From: Candidatus Brocadiia bacterium
GTDB taxonomy: Bacteria; Planctomycetota; Brocadiia; CAIUPP01
NCBI GenBank assembly: GCA_050015075.1
Contig: JBEKCB010000007.1
Location: forward strand, 32,001-96,000
DNA: 64,000 bases
Reading direction: 5' to 3'
Position numbers and translations under genes: made by a program. Below the pieces are notes generated by a model. It had not been told where the DNA came from, ran no database searches, and saw only the letters and a list, made by a program, of their open reading frames with translations. Of this stretch, positions 1 through 10,100 are shown piece by piece; position 1 is the stretch's first letter, and each line of letters begins with the position of its first letter.

Positions 1-735
1 CACCGACGCGATCTCACGCCCGTAACCGGGCATGTTGTCCGAAGGATGCACGTCCCGACTTTCCCAGGAGTAGACGTGGTCAAGCCATGGGCGTTGAAAG
101 GCGCGCTCCAGCTCCGCCCACGACCAGGGCGGAGCGCTGCTCGGCGGCGCGACGCTCGGCAACAGCTCCCAATGAATTTCACTGGCGCGGTGGAGGACGT
201 CTTTACTTAGGTCGCAATAGCCCGGGCGGAAAGTATCCTGTGGAACGGCTTCCTTAAGGCACGTCAGCACGGCGGCTGCTTTCATGAAGTAGGACTCGTT
301 TCCGGGCACCTTGTCGGCGGTCAGTCCGGGTTCAAAGCTGAGCGCCGAGACCAGCGAATCTCCCGGCTTGAGTTCCAGGGGATACTTCGCCGTTAATTCC
401 TGCCGAAAACAATTGGCAAACCGGCCGTCATAGGCGCTATAGCCCGTCACGGGCGGATTCAGCATCGAACCGTTGCGAAAAGTTTTGCCTTGTCCGGTTG
501 GCGCCGGCGTAACCTCGACCACGGTCACCGGCCCGACCACATAGTAGTCGCCGGTTACGAATTGGCCGACGGGCGCCTTCTTGTCAAACTTCCAGGTTAT
601 CCCATATTGCGAAACGCTGTCCTGCACCGGCAGGTCTTTGAGCGCCGACGCCTGGGGAGCATCGGCGGCCAGGCTCATGCCGCCGCAAAACCCGGCTGCC
701 AGGAACAGACTCAGCCACATCCGTAACGATTTCAT
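1..735 (-). CDS. Secreted hypothetical protein, 3' end beyond window edge; paralog of 3161..4771
   Basis: Absent from the ORF track. Manual translation from ATG at 735 (GAAAGGGAGA upstream) gives MKSLRMWLSLFLAAGFCGGMSLAADAPQASALKDLPVQDSVSQYGITWKFDKKAPVGQFVTGDYYVVGPVT...RNGSMLNPP, matching SQYGMTWTF..VGQFVNGDFYVVGPVT..RNGFMLNPP in 3161..4771. Confidence 0.85.
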   Translation of the reverse strand, partial: MKSLRMWLSLFLAAGFCGGMSLAADAPQASALKDLPVQDSVSQYGITWKFDKKAPVGQFVTGDYYVVGPVTVVEVTPAPTGQGKTFRNGSMLNPPVTGYSAYDGRFANCFRQELTAKYPLELKPGDSLVSALSFEPGLTADKVPGNESYFMKAAAVLTCLKEAVPQDTFRPGYCDLSKDVLHRASEIHWELLPSVAPPSSAPPWSWAELERAFQRPWLDHVYSWESRDVHPSDNMPGYGREIASV

Positions 736-820
736 GGTTCTCCCTTTCAGAAGGCGGCCAGGGTCCACATATCGCGCGCAGTATGCTGCGCGCTCGTGAC
801 GGTCAGCCATCAAAGTTCGC

Positions 821-849
821 ATTCTGACTATCCGAATTCCGCCTGTCAA
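821..849 (-). promoter_or_regulatory. Sigma70-type promoter for the 1..735 gene
   Basis: TTGACA-N17-CAGAAT on the minus strand. Confidence 0.6.
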
Positions 850-963
850 GTCGGGAGTCGAAGATCGGCGGGCCGTGCTTAATTCCGCGAAGGATTTCGG
901 CTCCTGCTTCGACTAGAATAGTGGACATCCGGTTTTCGCACCAACCGTGTTGAGCATGGGACC

Positions 964-1497
964 ATGGACACGCCCCGATTCGAACAACTGTTCGACCGGC
1001 ACTTTGAAGAGATCTACGGCTACGTCGCCTTCAGGATCGCGCCGGACATTGACGGCGCCCGGGATGTCACGCAGGAAGTCTTCACGGCCGCGCTGGCATC
1101 CTTCCTTAGCCTGCGGCAGAACGAGAAAGCCGGCGCCTGGCTGCGTGGGATCGCCAGGCATAAAGTCGCCGACTACTTTCGCAACCGGCGGGCCGCGCCC
1201 GCGTCGGTCGGCGACGCCATCAATGAGGTTCGGAGTCGTCCGGATGGCCCGCTCTCGTCGGCGCAAGCGGCCGCAATTCAGGTATCCATCGCCTTGCGCC
1301 GCCTTCCGCAGCGAGACGCGGAGCTGTTGGAGGATAAGTACCTGGAGAGCCGCTCCGTCAAGGAGATGGCCGAAAGTCGCGGGACGACCGAAAAAGCGGT
1401 GGAGTCGGCGCTTTCCCGGGCGCGCGAAGCGTTTCGCGCGATAATGTCCGAGGTTCAAACGAAGGAGGGTTACCCGAATGAACACGGACCTGGATGA
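964..1497 (+). CDS. ECF RNA polymerase sigma factor
   Basis: Region 2 (ARDVTQEVF...AWLRGIARHKVADYFR) and region 4 HTH (SVKEMAESRGTTEKAVESALSRAR); 177 aa. Confidence 0.92.
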   Translation: MDTPRFEQLFDRHFEEIYGYVAFRIAPDIDGARDVTQEVFTAALASFLSLRQNEKAGAWLRGIARHKVADYFRNRRAAPASVGDAINEVRSRPDGPLSSAQAAAIQVSIALRRLPQRDAELLEDKYLESRSVKEMAESRGTTEKAVESALSRAREAFRAIMSEVQTKEGYPNEHGPG

Positions 1498-1999
1498 CGA
1501 CTTCGCGCTTGAGAAAACGTTCAAGGATGCGTCCGGGGCATTCCCACCGCCGGACGGACTGAAGGACCGGATGCGGGCCTCTCTCGCGGGCAGGGCGACG
1601 GCGACGCGCAGTCACACGTGGCTGTGGCGTTGCGCCGCGGCAGCGGTCGCCGCGTGCGTTCTGATCGGCCTGGCAGTCTGGATGATCGGCAGACCGGAGA
1701 ACCGTCATGACCGCGTCCGGGAGGAACGCGGGGCGGCCGGCGTCGTCCTGCCGCCGCCTGTTGCCGCAAAGCCGGCTGATCTTCCGTCGGCCGATTACCT
1801 GGTCTATTCTCGTGCGTGGGAAGAATCTCCCGATGCACTGGACGACCTGCTGACGCGCGACGCAGCGGTCCTGCTTCGGCCGGAACCGATTCCGACCGAG
1901 TTGAACACGCTCAGGTTTCTTCAGACCATGAACCAGACTAAGGAGAAGCACAATGAGAAACACAGCATGCGCAACGTTCATTCTGGCGCTTTTGTTTAG
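1478..1999 (+). CDS. Putative membrane anti-sigma factor
   Basis: Overlaps the ECF stop codon; single TM helix (AAAAVAACVLIGLAVWMI). Confidence 0.65.
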   Translation: MNTDLDDDFALEKTFKDASGAFPPPDGLKDRMRASLAGRATATRSHTWLWRCAAAAVAACVLIGLAVWMIGRPENRHDRVREERGAAGVVLPPPVAAKPADLPSADYLVYSRAWEESPDALDDLLTRDAAVLLRPEPIPTELNTLRFLQTMNQTKEKHNEKHSMRNVHSGAFV

Positions 2000-3146
2000 C
2001 ACCGGTCCAGCCCTGGCGGCAGAAGGCGAGTCGGTAGCGCCCGACCTCGGGCGCAACGCGGCGCTGACGTACTGGCGCGCCTTCGCCATGAGTCCTGTAA
2101 TGACCGACGATGAGCTGAAAATCTTCAACCCTCGCCCTGGGACCGAGCCCAAGACGTCGCCGGAGAAGAACGCTGCGTTAGTCAAACGATGGGGCCAGGC
2201 TCTGCAACTGATGCACCAGGCGGCCGCCGTCTCGCAATGCGACTGGGGAATTGATTACGAGAAAGAGGGATTGCATGCGTCGCTTCCACATTTCTCCAAG
2301 GCCTGGACCTTGGCAAGGGCCGCGGCCTTTCGCGCGAAATATCTCTGGGAGAAGGGGCAGCGGAAGGACGCGGCGGAGGACCTCCGCGCGACAGTGGTCA
2401 TGGCGCGTCACGTCGGAAACGATGGGCGAGAGACGGACATTGCGCTGTTCATGCAGATCGCGATCGAGGGGCTTGTGCAGGATGCCGCGGCGCAATTGCT
2501 GACCGACCGGGAGGCGGCCGACCTGTTCGCGGATGTTCTTGGAGATCTCAGCAATGGACCTTCGGCGCTCCTCTCCAAGAACGCGATCCTGGCGGAAAAG
2601 AGAGTTCGCATTTTATGGATGCGTCATCGGGCAGAGTCTGAGCCGGATATCGGAAAGAAACTCGCAAAAGACTTGGGGCCGGCCGAGTCGGAAACGAGGA
2701 AGGAAGTTTTAATCAAGCTCAGCCAAACGCAGAACGCGGATATACTGAAGTGGCTCGACGAGGAACTCAAGCAGTACGACGACATGGCGGCTATCGCTGA
2801 CCTGCCCTTCCAGGAGTTCCAAACCAGGTGGGCGGCGCTTGACGAGAGAATCAAGGCAAGCAAGAACCCGTTCTCTGAACTCATTCTCCCTTACATAGTA
2901 AGCGTCCGCAAGGAAGAGGAGCGCTACCGCATCAGATGGGCTATGGTCCGAGCAGCCATCGAGATCAGGCGCGAAGGTGAGAGCGCCCTGACCAAGGTCA
3001 CGGATCCGCACGATGGAAAGCCCTTCCAGTACACGGCTCTGGAGGGCGGCGCCTTCGAACTGAAGTCAACCATGCTGGTACGCGGCCGGCAATTCGACCA
3101 GCCGCTCGTCATGACCTTCGGGCGCCCGCCGGCCGGGAAGGACTGA
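1953..3146 (+). CDS. Secreted helical hypothetical protein
   Basis: Signal peptide (..STGPALA), AAGGAG upstream, NAALTY..CDWG and DPHDGKPFQY motifs; third gene of the ECF operon. Confidence 0.8.
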   Translation: MRNTACATFILALLFSTGPALAAEGESVAPDLGRNAALTYWRAFAMSPVMTDDELKIFNPRPGTEPKTSPEKNAALVKRWGQALQLMHQAAAVSQCDWGIDYEKEGLHASLPHFSKAWTLARAAAFRAKYLWEKGQRKDAAEDLRATVVMARHVGNDGRETDIALFMQIAIEGLVQDAAAQLLTDREAADLFADVLGDLSNGPSALLSKNAILAEKRVRILWMRHRAESEPDIGKKLAKDLGPAESETRKEVLIKLSQTQNADILKWLDEELKQYDDMAAIADLPFQEFQTRWAALDERIKASKNPFSELILPYIVSVRKEEERYRIRWAMVRAAIEIRREGESALTKVTDPHDGKPFQYTALEGGAFELKSTMLVRGRQFDQPLVMTFGRPPAGKD

Positions 3147-3160
3147 CCGCGCGCCGTAAT

Positions 3161-4771
3161 CTATCTCCCGTTCCGGGCGGGGCCTTTGGGTTCTTTGGCG
3201 ATGGCGTTTTTGTAATAGCTGTCGTCGTGCTGCTGTTTCCAGCCGTCGGTCGGCGGCATGCCGGGGCCGGCGCGGTATTTCGCCCACATTTCGTTGACGA
3301 AATCGTCCCAGCATTCACCTTGCCGGCACCAGCTCTTGTCGTAGTCAACACCGATGGTGGCTTTGAGTGTTTTAATGTTGGCGCTGTCTTTTTCGAACAT
3401 CCAGCGGTCAACGTAATCGAAGAACGCGTCGTGGTCCCAGGCTTTTTCGGCGTGCAGCAGGTGGAGCGCCAGGGCCTGGGCGACCCAGGCGACGGTGGTG
3501 CTGGTGCGGCGGTAGCCTTCGCTGGTTTTCTGGCCAGCGCCCCAGGTCGAGGGCTGCGTGTGTTCGTAGGGACCCCAGGCGGCCCCGCGAGCATAGTCGC
3601 GGCCGATCCCGGTGACTTCATCTATGCCGGAGTGACCGGTGAAGACGACCTTGGCGCCGGTCCAGGAGTCGCCGTAGGCGGTCTGTTCATCTTCGCCGAA
3701 GCAGGCTTTGGGGAAGTGCTTATTAATGTTGGCAAGTTCCTCGTCGCCGAGGAGGAATCCGGCGAAGACGATGGGGATCTTGCGGCCGCTGGCGTGGCCG
3801 CCCCAGCAGTACCATCCGGGATGTCCGGAGCGGATCATGCCGCCCAGGTCTATGCCGATCTGCACGAAGTTATCGAGGAGCGGCTCTTTCTGCTGGGGCG
3901 TGAAGTTGCAGCACAGGAGCAGCGCGGCATTGCCGACGACGCGGCCGATCTCGCGGCCGTACCACGGCATGTTGTCGGCCGGTTCATCGAACCCGAAGAA
4001 GCAGGTGTTGACCCACGGGCGCTGCGTCCAGCCGATGTATTGCTGGAGCGGCGGCGCGTCGGCGGGGCGGACGACGTCGGGCAGCAGCTCGCGCTTCAGA
4101 TTGCGCGCCAGGTAGATTTTTTGAGTGCGGTCGCAGAACGCGGGGCGGAACGCGTCCGCCGGCAGCGGCTCGGCGACGCAGGTCAGCACGGCGGCGTCTC
4201 TGACCGGGCTGGCATCGCCCACGGCGCGGGATTCCGTTTCGCTGCTGTCGCCCTGCAGCGGAACGTGGAGGACCAGCCCCATCGGCATGCTGATCGTGGA
4301 GACGAAGGAATCGCCGGGCTTCATGGAGACCGGGAGCTTCCGGATCAGCGACGGGTCAAAATAGTTTCTGACGCCGCTGTCGTAGGAGACTTTTCGATCC
4401 GCCGGCGGATTGAGCATGAAGCCGTTGCGGACGCGGTTCTTTTCCGCCTGCTGCTTATCCAACGGGTCGAGTTGAGCGGCGGGAATTTCGGCGCCGTAAA
4501 GAGGCTTGGGCGTGATCGCGGTGATCGTCACCGGCCCGACGACGTAAAAGTCGCCATTGACGAATTGCCCGACTCGCGCCGGCTTCGCAAACGTCCAGGT
4601 CATGCCGTACTGCGAGAGGCTGTCTTTCAAGGGAAGGTCATCGAGCTTGGGCGCCGCCGGGGCGTTGGCCTCGGTGTAAATGACGGCCGGCTTTTCCTGG
4701 CTCCAGCATGGACTCGACAGGCCCGCGACCGCCGCGACAGAGAGACCGATCACTGCAATCTTTTCGAACAT
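3161..4771 (-). CDS. Secreted hypothetical protein (536 aa), paralog of 1..735
   Basis: Signal peptide; aromatic-rich C-terminal region (WDHDAFFDYVDRWM); codon usage typical of the genome. Confidence 0.85.
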   Translation of the reverse strand: MFEKIAVIGLSVAAVAGLSSPCWSQEKPAVIYTEANAPAAPKLDDLPLKDSLSQYGMTWTFAKPARVGQFVNGDFYVVGPVTITAITPKPLYGAEIPAAQLDPLDKQQAEKNRVRNGFMLNPPADRKVSYDSGVRNYFDPSLIRKLPVSMKPGDSFVSTISMPMGLVLHVPLQGDSSETESRAVGDASPVRDAAVLTCVAEPLPADAFRPAFCDRTQKIYLARNLKRELLPDVVRPADAPPLQQYIGWTQRPWVNTCFFGFDEPADNMPWYGREIGRVVGNAALLLCCNFTPQQKEPLLDNFVQIGIDLGGMIRSGHPGWYCWGGHASGRKIPIVFAGFLLGDEELANINKHFPKACFGEDEQTAYGDSWTGAKVVFTGHSGIDEVTGIGRDYARGAAWGPYEHTQPSTWGAGQKTSEGYRRTSTTVAWVAQALALHLLHAEKAWDHDAFFDYVDRWMFEKDSANIKTLKATIGVDYDKSWCRQGECWDDFVNEMWAKYRAGPGMPPTDGWKQQHDDSYYKNAIAKEPKGPARNGR

Positions 4772-4858
4772 GACAGGATTCCCTTTCGTTTCGGCCCCAG
4801 ACGAGACCGGAAGCGCCCGCCGCCTCGCGCGGTCTCTCCACTTTCACTTGCGCGCCCA

Positions 4859-4887
4859 CTTATAGCAGGCGCCCTATGCTATTTCAA
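4859..4887 (-). promoter_or_regulatory. Sigma70-type promoter (extended -10) for 3161..4771
   Basis: TTGAAA-N17-TATAAG with TG just upstream of the -10; ATAGCA...TGCTAT inverted repeat overlapping the spacer. Confidence 0.6.
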
Positions 4888-4896
4888 CAGCCGGGG

Positions 4897-4926
4897 TTGG
4901 CATATCGTCAGCAGGTGGAATAAAAT
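4897..4926 (+). promoter_or_regulatory. Divergent sigma70-type promoter for 4996..5433
   Basis: TTGGCA-N18-TAAAAT. Confidence 0.5.
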
Positions 4927-4995
4927 GACAGAGGCGCGAGCGCGGGTGCGGCCGGCGCCGGTCACGCGATCCATGCAGGCACTAGCGGAGGGGAA

Positions 4996-5433
4996 ATGAT
5001 GAGCGGAATGGAATCGCCGCGCCGAATGCGGGCGCGGGGGCTGTTCATAGGCGTGCTGATCGTCCTCCTCGTGGCCGCAGTGATCGTACTCGCCGCGTGG
5101 GCGACGCGCCTGCAAGCGCGGGAACGGGGCTTGCGCAACGCCGCTGCGCAAAATGCAGTCGTAGGCGGGCAAGAGGCGCCGGCTCCGGTCACCGGGCAGG
5201 AGGAAGCGGTCGCCGGGGAAGCGCCGCCGCCGCCCATGGCGGAAGCGGCGCCTGTCGCGCCGGGCCCGGAGGTGGACTATCTATGGATCGGCGGATGGTG
5301 GGGGTGGGACGGCCGATGGGTTTGGCATGCCGGCTATTGGGCGCGCAGGCCGCATCCGGGCGCGGTTTGGGTTCCCCATGCCTGGGCTCGCAGCTCGCGC
5401 GGCTGGGTTCACAGCGGCGGCCGCTGGCGCTGA
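4996..5433 (+). CDS. YXWGXW-repeat membrane-anchored protein
   Basis: N-terminal TM helix, Pro-rich linker, then YLWIGGWWGWDGRWVWHAGYW..VWVPHAW..WVHSGGRW; GGAGG RBS. Confidence 0.8.
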   Translation: MMSGMESPRRMRARGLFIGVLIVLLVAAVIVLAAWATRLQARERGLRNAAAQNAVVGGQEAPAPVTGQEEAVAGEAPPPPMAEAAPVAPGPEVDYLWIGGWWGWDGRWVWHAGYWARRPHPGAVWVPHAWARSSRGWVHSGGRWR

Positions 5434-5469
5434 GAGCGGCCACAGGGTAAATCCCGGTCAAGGAACGTC

Positions 5470-6969
5470 ATGAATATGCGATCCCGAAATCCTGTCTTGC
5501 GGCCGGGCGCGCTGATGCTGCTGCTCGGCGCGGTCGTGTGCCTGGCCGGGTGCGCCGCGCGGGCGGCGGACTCGACGATCCGGGACGAGTGGGACGTCAT
5601 GTCGCTGTCCGGCGTGCAGATCGGCTACGACCACACGATCACGCGCAGGGTGGCTGAGCCGCAGCCGGAGATCGTGACCTTGACCTTCTCCGAGACGCGC
5701 ATCAAGGATTTCGGCGCCACGCTCGTCACGCACGAGACCGAGGAAGACCACGAGACGCCCGAAGGGGCGCTGCTCCGTGTGACCTATTCCGTGTCCGGCG
5801 CGGAGATGAGCGACTCCGAGGCGAGGATCGAGAACGGCAAGCTGATCGTGACCACGCATACCGGCGGGACGACGCACGTCACCGAGACCGCCTGGGACCC
5901 GGAGGTGCTCGGCCCCGAAGCGCAGATGCGCCGGATGCGCGAGTCGGGCTTCCCGGTCGGCAAGGGCGTCACGTTCAAGGAGTACCTGCGCGAAATCAAC
6001 AAAGTCGTCACGTCCACGATCACGGTCGAGGGCCGCGAGACGGTGACGATCGCGGGCAAGCCGCGCGAGCTTTACAAGGCCACGGAGGTGACCGACGCGC
6101 TGCCGGGAGTGGTGACGCGCGTCTGGCTCGACGAGACCGGCGACGAGCTTAAGAGCGTGACGAACGACGGCTTCGAAGAGATCTGCGTCACGCGCGAGGA
6201 GGCGCTGGGCGCGGTGACCTCGCCCGATCAGACCGACCTGGCGACGCTGTCCGTGATCGTCTCGAACGTGAAGTTCGACCGGCCGGACCTGGTCACGGAG
6301 GCGCTCTACCGGATCGAAGGCCGCGTCGAGAATCTGAAGCTCGAGGACCGGCGTCAGAAGATCGAGAAGCAGGGCCCCGGCTGGGTGCTGCTGCGCGTGA
6401 AGGCGCTCGGCGACGCGGCGGAGCCTTCGGCGGAGAAGCCCGGGCCGGAATACCTGGCCGCCTCCGCTTATCTGCAGAGCGACGACCCGGATATCCAGCG
6501 CATGGCGCGCGACAACGTCTCGCCCGACGCCTCGCCGGAGACCAAGGCAAGACAGCTCGCCGCGTGGGTGGTCAGGTACATCACCCAGAAGGACTACAAC
6601 GTCGGCTTCGCCTCGGCGAAGGAGACGCTGTTCTCGCGCGAGGGCGATTGCAAGGAGCACTCCCTGCTGCTCGCCGCGCTGCTGCGGGCGGCGGGAATCC
6701 CGTCGCGAGTGGCTGTCGGCGTCGTCTACGCGAACGGCCAGTTCATGAGCCACATGTGGACCGAGGCGTACCTCAACGACTGGACCGCCCTCGACGCCAC
6801 GCTGTCGGGCGGCAACATCGTGGATGCCGCCCACATCAAGCTGGGCGGCAGCGCGATGGACGGCCCCACTCCCGACGACGCCGCGCTCATCGTCGAGGCG
6901 CAGGCGCATCAGAACCTCAAGATCAACGTTCAGGAGTTCAAAGCGGAACGCGCGCCGGAAGCTCCTTGA
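5470..6969 (+). CDS. Transglutaminase-like domain lipoprotein
   Basis: Lipobox LAGC; catalytic motifs GDCKEHS, HMWTE and WTALDAT. Confidence 0.88.
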   Translation: MNMRSRNPVLRPGALMLLLGAVVCLAGCAARAADSTIRDEWDVMSLSGVQIGYDHTITRRVAEPQPEIVTLTFSETRIKDFGATLVTHETEEDHETPEGALLRVTYSVSGAEMSDSEARIENGKLIVTTHTGGTTHVTETAWDPEVLGPEAQMRRMRESGFPVGKGVTFKEYLREINKVVTSTITVEGRETVTIAGKPRELYKATEVTDALPGVVTRVWLDETGDELKSVTNDGFEEICVTREEALGAVTSPDQTDLATLSVIVSNVKFDRPDLVTEALYRIEGRVENLKLEDRRQKIEKQGPGWVLLRVKALGDAAEPSAEKPGPEYLAASAYLQSDDPDIQRMARDNVSPDASPETKARQLAAWVVRYITQKDYNVGFASAKETLFSREGDCKEHSLLLAALLRAAGIPSRVAVGVVYANGQFMSHMWTEAYLNDWTALDATLSGGNIVDAAHIKLGGSAMDGPTPDDAALIVEAQAHQNLKINVQEFKAERAPEAP

Positions 6970-7014
6970 CACTCCACAACGCCGCGGAAGAAGATAGTTC
7001 CCGCCGAGACTCCG

Positions 7015-7043
7015 TTGACCGGGGCAATTTCAGTCGGTAGACT
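7015..7043 (+). promoter_or_regulatory. Sigma70-type promoter for the lyase gene
   Basis: TTGACC-N17-TAGACT. Confidence 0.6.
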
Positions 7044-7111
7044 CTTTGCACGTCGGCGAAAGCCGTTTTTGAAATCTGCTCCACGTGGAACACCCTAAGA
7101 GGAGAAGAGGA

Positions 7112-10100
7112 ATGCGGCACCTCGTGGCGATTCTGGCGCTGGCCGGCCTGGCGGCGATGGCTACGGCTCAAACTACGGCAACCAAACCCAAGGGAGCGCC
7201 GCGACCGATGGAGCAGGCGCCGGCCGCCGATCAGCCGGACTCGACCGGGCTCTATAACGCGGCGCTGCTGGAGCTTGGCGCCACGGCCAAGGGCAGCGGG
7301 GCGGCCTTCAACAGGGACTGGCCGCCGGACAACATGCTGGTGCGCGACATGTACAGCGGCGGGACCATCTTCGACAAGAGCGGCTCGCTCAAGGGCGGCC
7401 GCGTGGATATCCGCCTCCTGATCCCCGTGGACATCAAGGCCATCGAGGTCGTGGGGCTGGACTACCACGGCACGAGGCAACCGAAGGCCATAGACATTTT
7501 CGTCGAGGGCAAGCGGGTCGGGCACGCGGACCTGGCGGACGCTCCGGGACAAATCCAGCGCATCGAGCTGGAGGCCCATGGGCAGAACGTCGGGATTCTC
7601 GTCACCGACGAATATCCGCCCCGGCCGCTGGACTACGGCGGCTGGATGCGGTTGCGGGTGCTGACGACGACCAATGTGGCGGAGAAGATGAAGACGCCGG
7701 CGCAGTATGACGTGAAGGCGTCGCCGTCGAACCTGGTCCCGACGGGCGGCAGCGCGGCCGAGGGCAAGGTCCAAGTCGTCGGCCAGCCGCGCATGACCCA
7801 GGGCCATCCCTGCACGCTGTGGGACAACGAGGACATCGCCCATTACAAGGACATGCTGAAGACGAGCAAGGAACTCCAGGCCCAATTGGCCGGGCTCAAG
7901 ACTTCAATGGATATCCGGATGACGCAGCCGTTCGGCATTCCCCAGCCGGAGAAAGGGCCGGACGGCCAGTGGATGCACCTGATTGACAACAAGGTGTCGC
8001 CGAACGGACAGACGTACGGCGCGATTCACAATCAGCTCGCCCTGGACATCGCCAACCTCGGCGCGGTGTACGTCCTGACGGGCGAGGAGAAGTACGCGGA
8101 CTTCTGCAAGAAACTACTGCTGGCCTACGCGGACGCTTATCCCAATTACGGCATCGGGGCGCGGCCGGGCTTCAACCATGACCCGAGCAAGGTCTTCGAC
8201 CAGCGCCTGAGCGACGCCACGTGGCTGATCCAGGTCGCGCGCGGTTACGACCTGATCCACAACCTGCCCTCGATCACGCCCGAGGAGCGGAAGCACATCG
8301 AGGACGACCTGGTCAGGGCCAACGGCCGCCATATCACGGAGAACCACGCGGCGGTCGAGGCGCCGACCAACTGGTCGGCGATTGACACCTGCGCGGTCCT
8401 GACGGCCGGCTATGCCTGCGACGACGAGAAGCTGATCAACATCGCTTATTACGGTCTCCAGGGCACCGAGGAGAAGCCGACCGGCGGCCTGTTCGAGAGG
8501 CACTTCACGCAGCCGATTGACGTGGACGGCATGTGGGCCGAGGGCGCCATGGGCTATCAGTTCATGGCCCTGCAGGCGCTGGTCATGGACGCCGAGGAGC
8601 TGTGGCACCACGGCATAGACATGTACCGCTATCACAATTGCGCCCTGAAGCGGCTGTTCGATTCGCCGCTGCAATTCTGCTATCCGGACCTGACGACGCC
8701 GGCCACGCACGATTCGGGCCGCGACTCGATCGTCGGCGGCGATTCCTACGTCTACGAATACGCTTACCGCCGCTACCGCGATCCGAGCTACCTGCTGATC
8801 CTCAACCAGACCGGCCGCCACCTGGACGCCCATTTCCAGCAGTTCCCCGTCTCGGTGCTTTATGACCGCGACCCGAAAGAGAAGCAGCCGGCCGTGGAAT
8901 TCAAGAGCGTGAACTTCTTCGGCGTCGGCTACGGCATTACGCGGATCACCACTCCGGCGGGCATCACCAGCCTGCTGCTGGAATACGGGCCGAACCGCTC
9001 GCACGGCCATCCCGACAAGCTGTGCCTCGATCTCTATGCCTTCAACGACCAGCTCATGATGGACCCGGGCAGCGTCTGGTACGAACTGCCGCTCTACTTG
9101 CAGTGGTACCACAGCACGCTGGCCCACAACACGCTGGTCGTGGACGAGCGCAACCAGGTCATGTGCGGGGCGACGCAACTGGTTTACGCTCCGGCCGAGA
9201 CCATGGGCATGCAGCGCGCCTCGTGCCGCGACGCCTATCCCGGCGTCATCATGGACCGGGCGACGTTCATGACGGCGGACTACGTGGCCGACATCTTCGG
9301 CGCGTTCGCGAGCCTGCAGCGCAGGTACGACCTGGCCTGGCACATTCGCGGCGAATTCGCCTCGGACTTGAAGCTGGATCCGACGACGCTGCCGGAACCG
9401 AGGGAGTTCGGATACGTGGCCTTGACCAACGTCCGCAAGGCCGCGCCGAGCGACAAGGCCTGGTCCGCGACGGTGACGCGCGAGGGCAACGTCGCGCGGT
9501 TCGTGGCCGCCGGCGGAACCCCGACGGAAGTCATCGTCGGCGACGGGCATTACGGTCTCGAAACGCCGCCGGCGATCCTGGAGCGGCGCGAGACCGCGGC
9601 GACCGTCTACGGCAATGCCATTGACATTTCCGGCGGCAAGCAGGCTTACGTCAAGGGCCTCCAGCAGGAGGGCAGCCTGGAAGCCGGTTACGGCCTGCTG
9701 AAGGTCGAGACGGCCAAAGGCACGGACCTGTGCTTCGCGTCGTACCGGCCGGGCGCGTACCAGGCCGGCGGGCTGGAGACGGACGCCCAGCAGGCGTTCG
9801 TGGTGATGGACGGCCATGCGGTGAAGGCCATGTACCTCGGCGGCGGCAAGATGCTGAAGGCCGGCGGTGCGGCGCTCGAGCGAAGCGAGCCGGGCCTGGC
9901 CTGCATCGAGAAGGCGGATACCGGCGCGTACGTGCTGGCCAACCCGTCGCCGAGCGACGCCACGGTCACGGTGACCTTCAAGCCGCTGGCCGCGATGGAA
10001 GCGTTCAACCTGGACCTCACAGGCCGGCGCAGCGGCGCCGCGACGGTCAGCCCGGGCGCGGTGGCCAACTCGTTCTCGCTGCAAATGAAGGCGACGTCGA

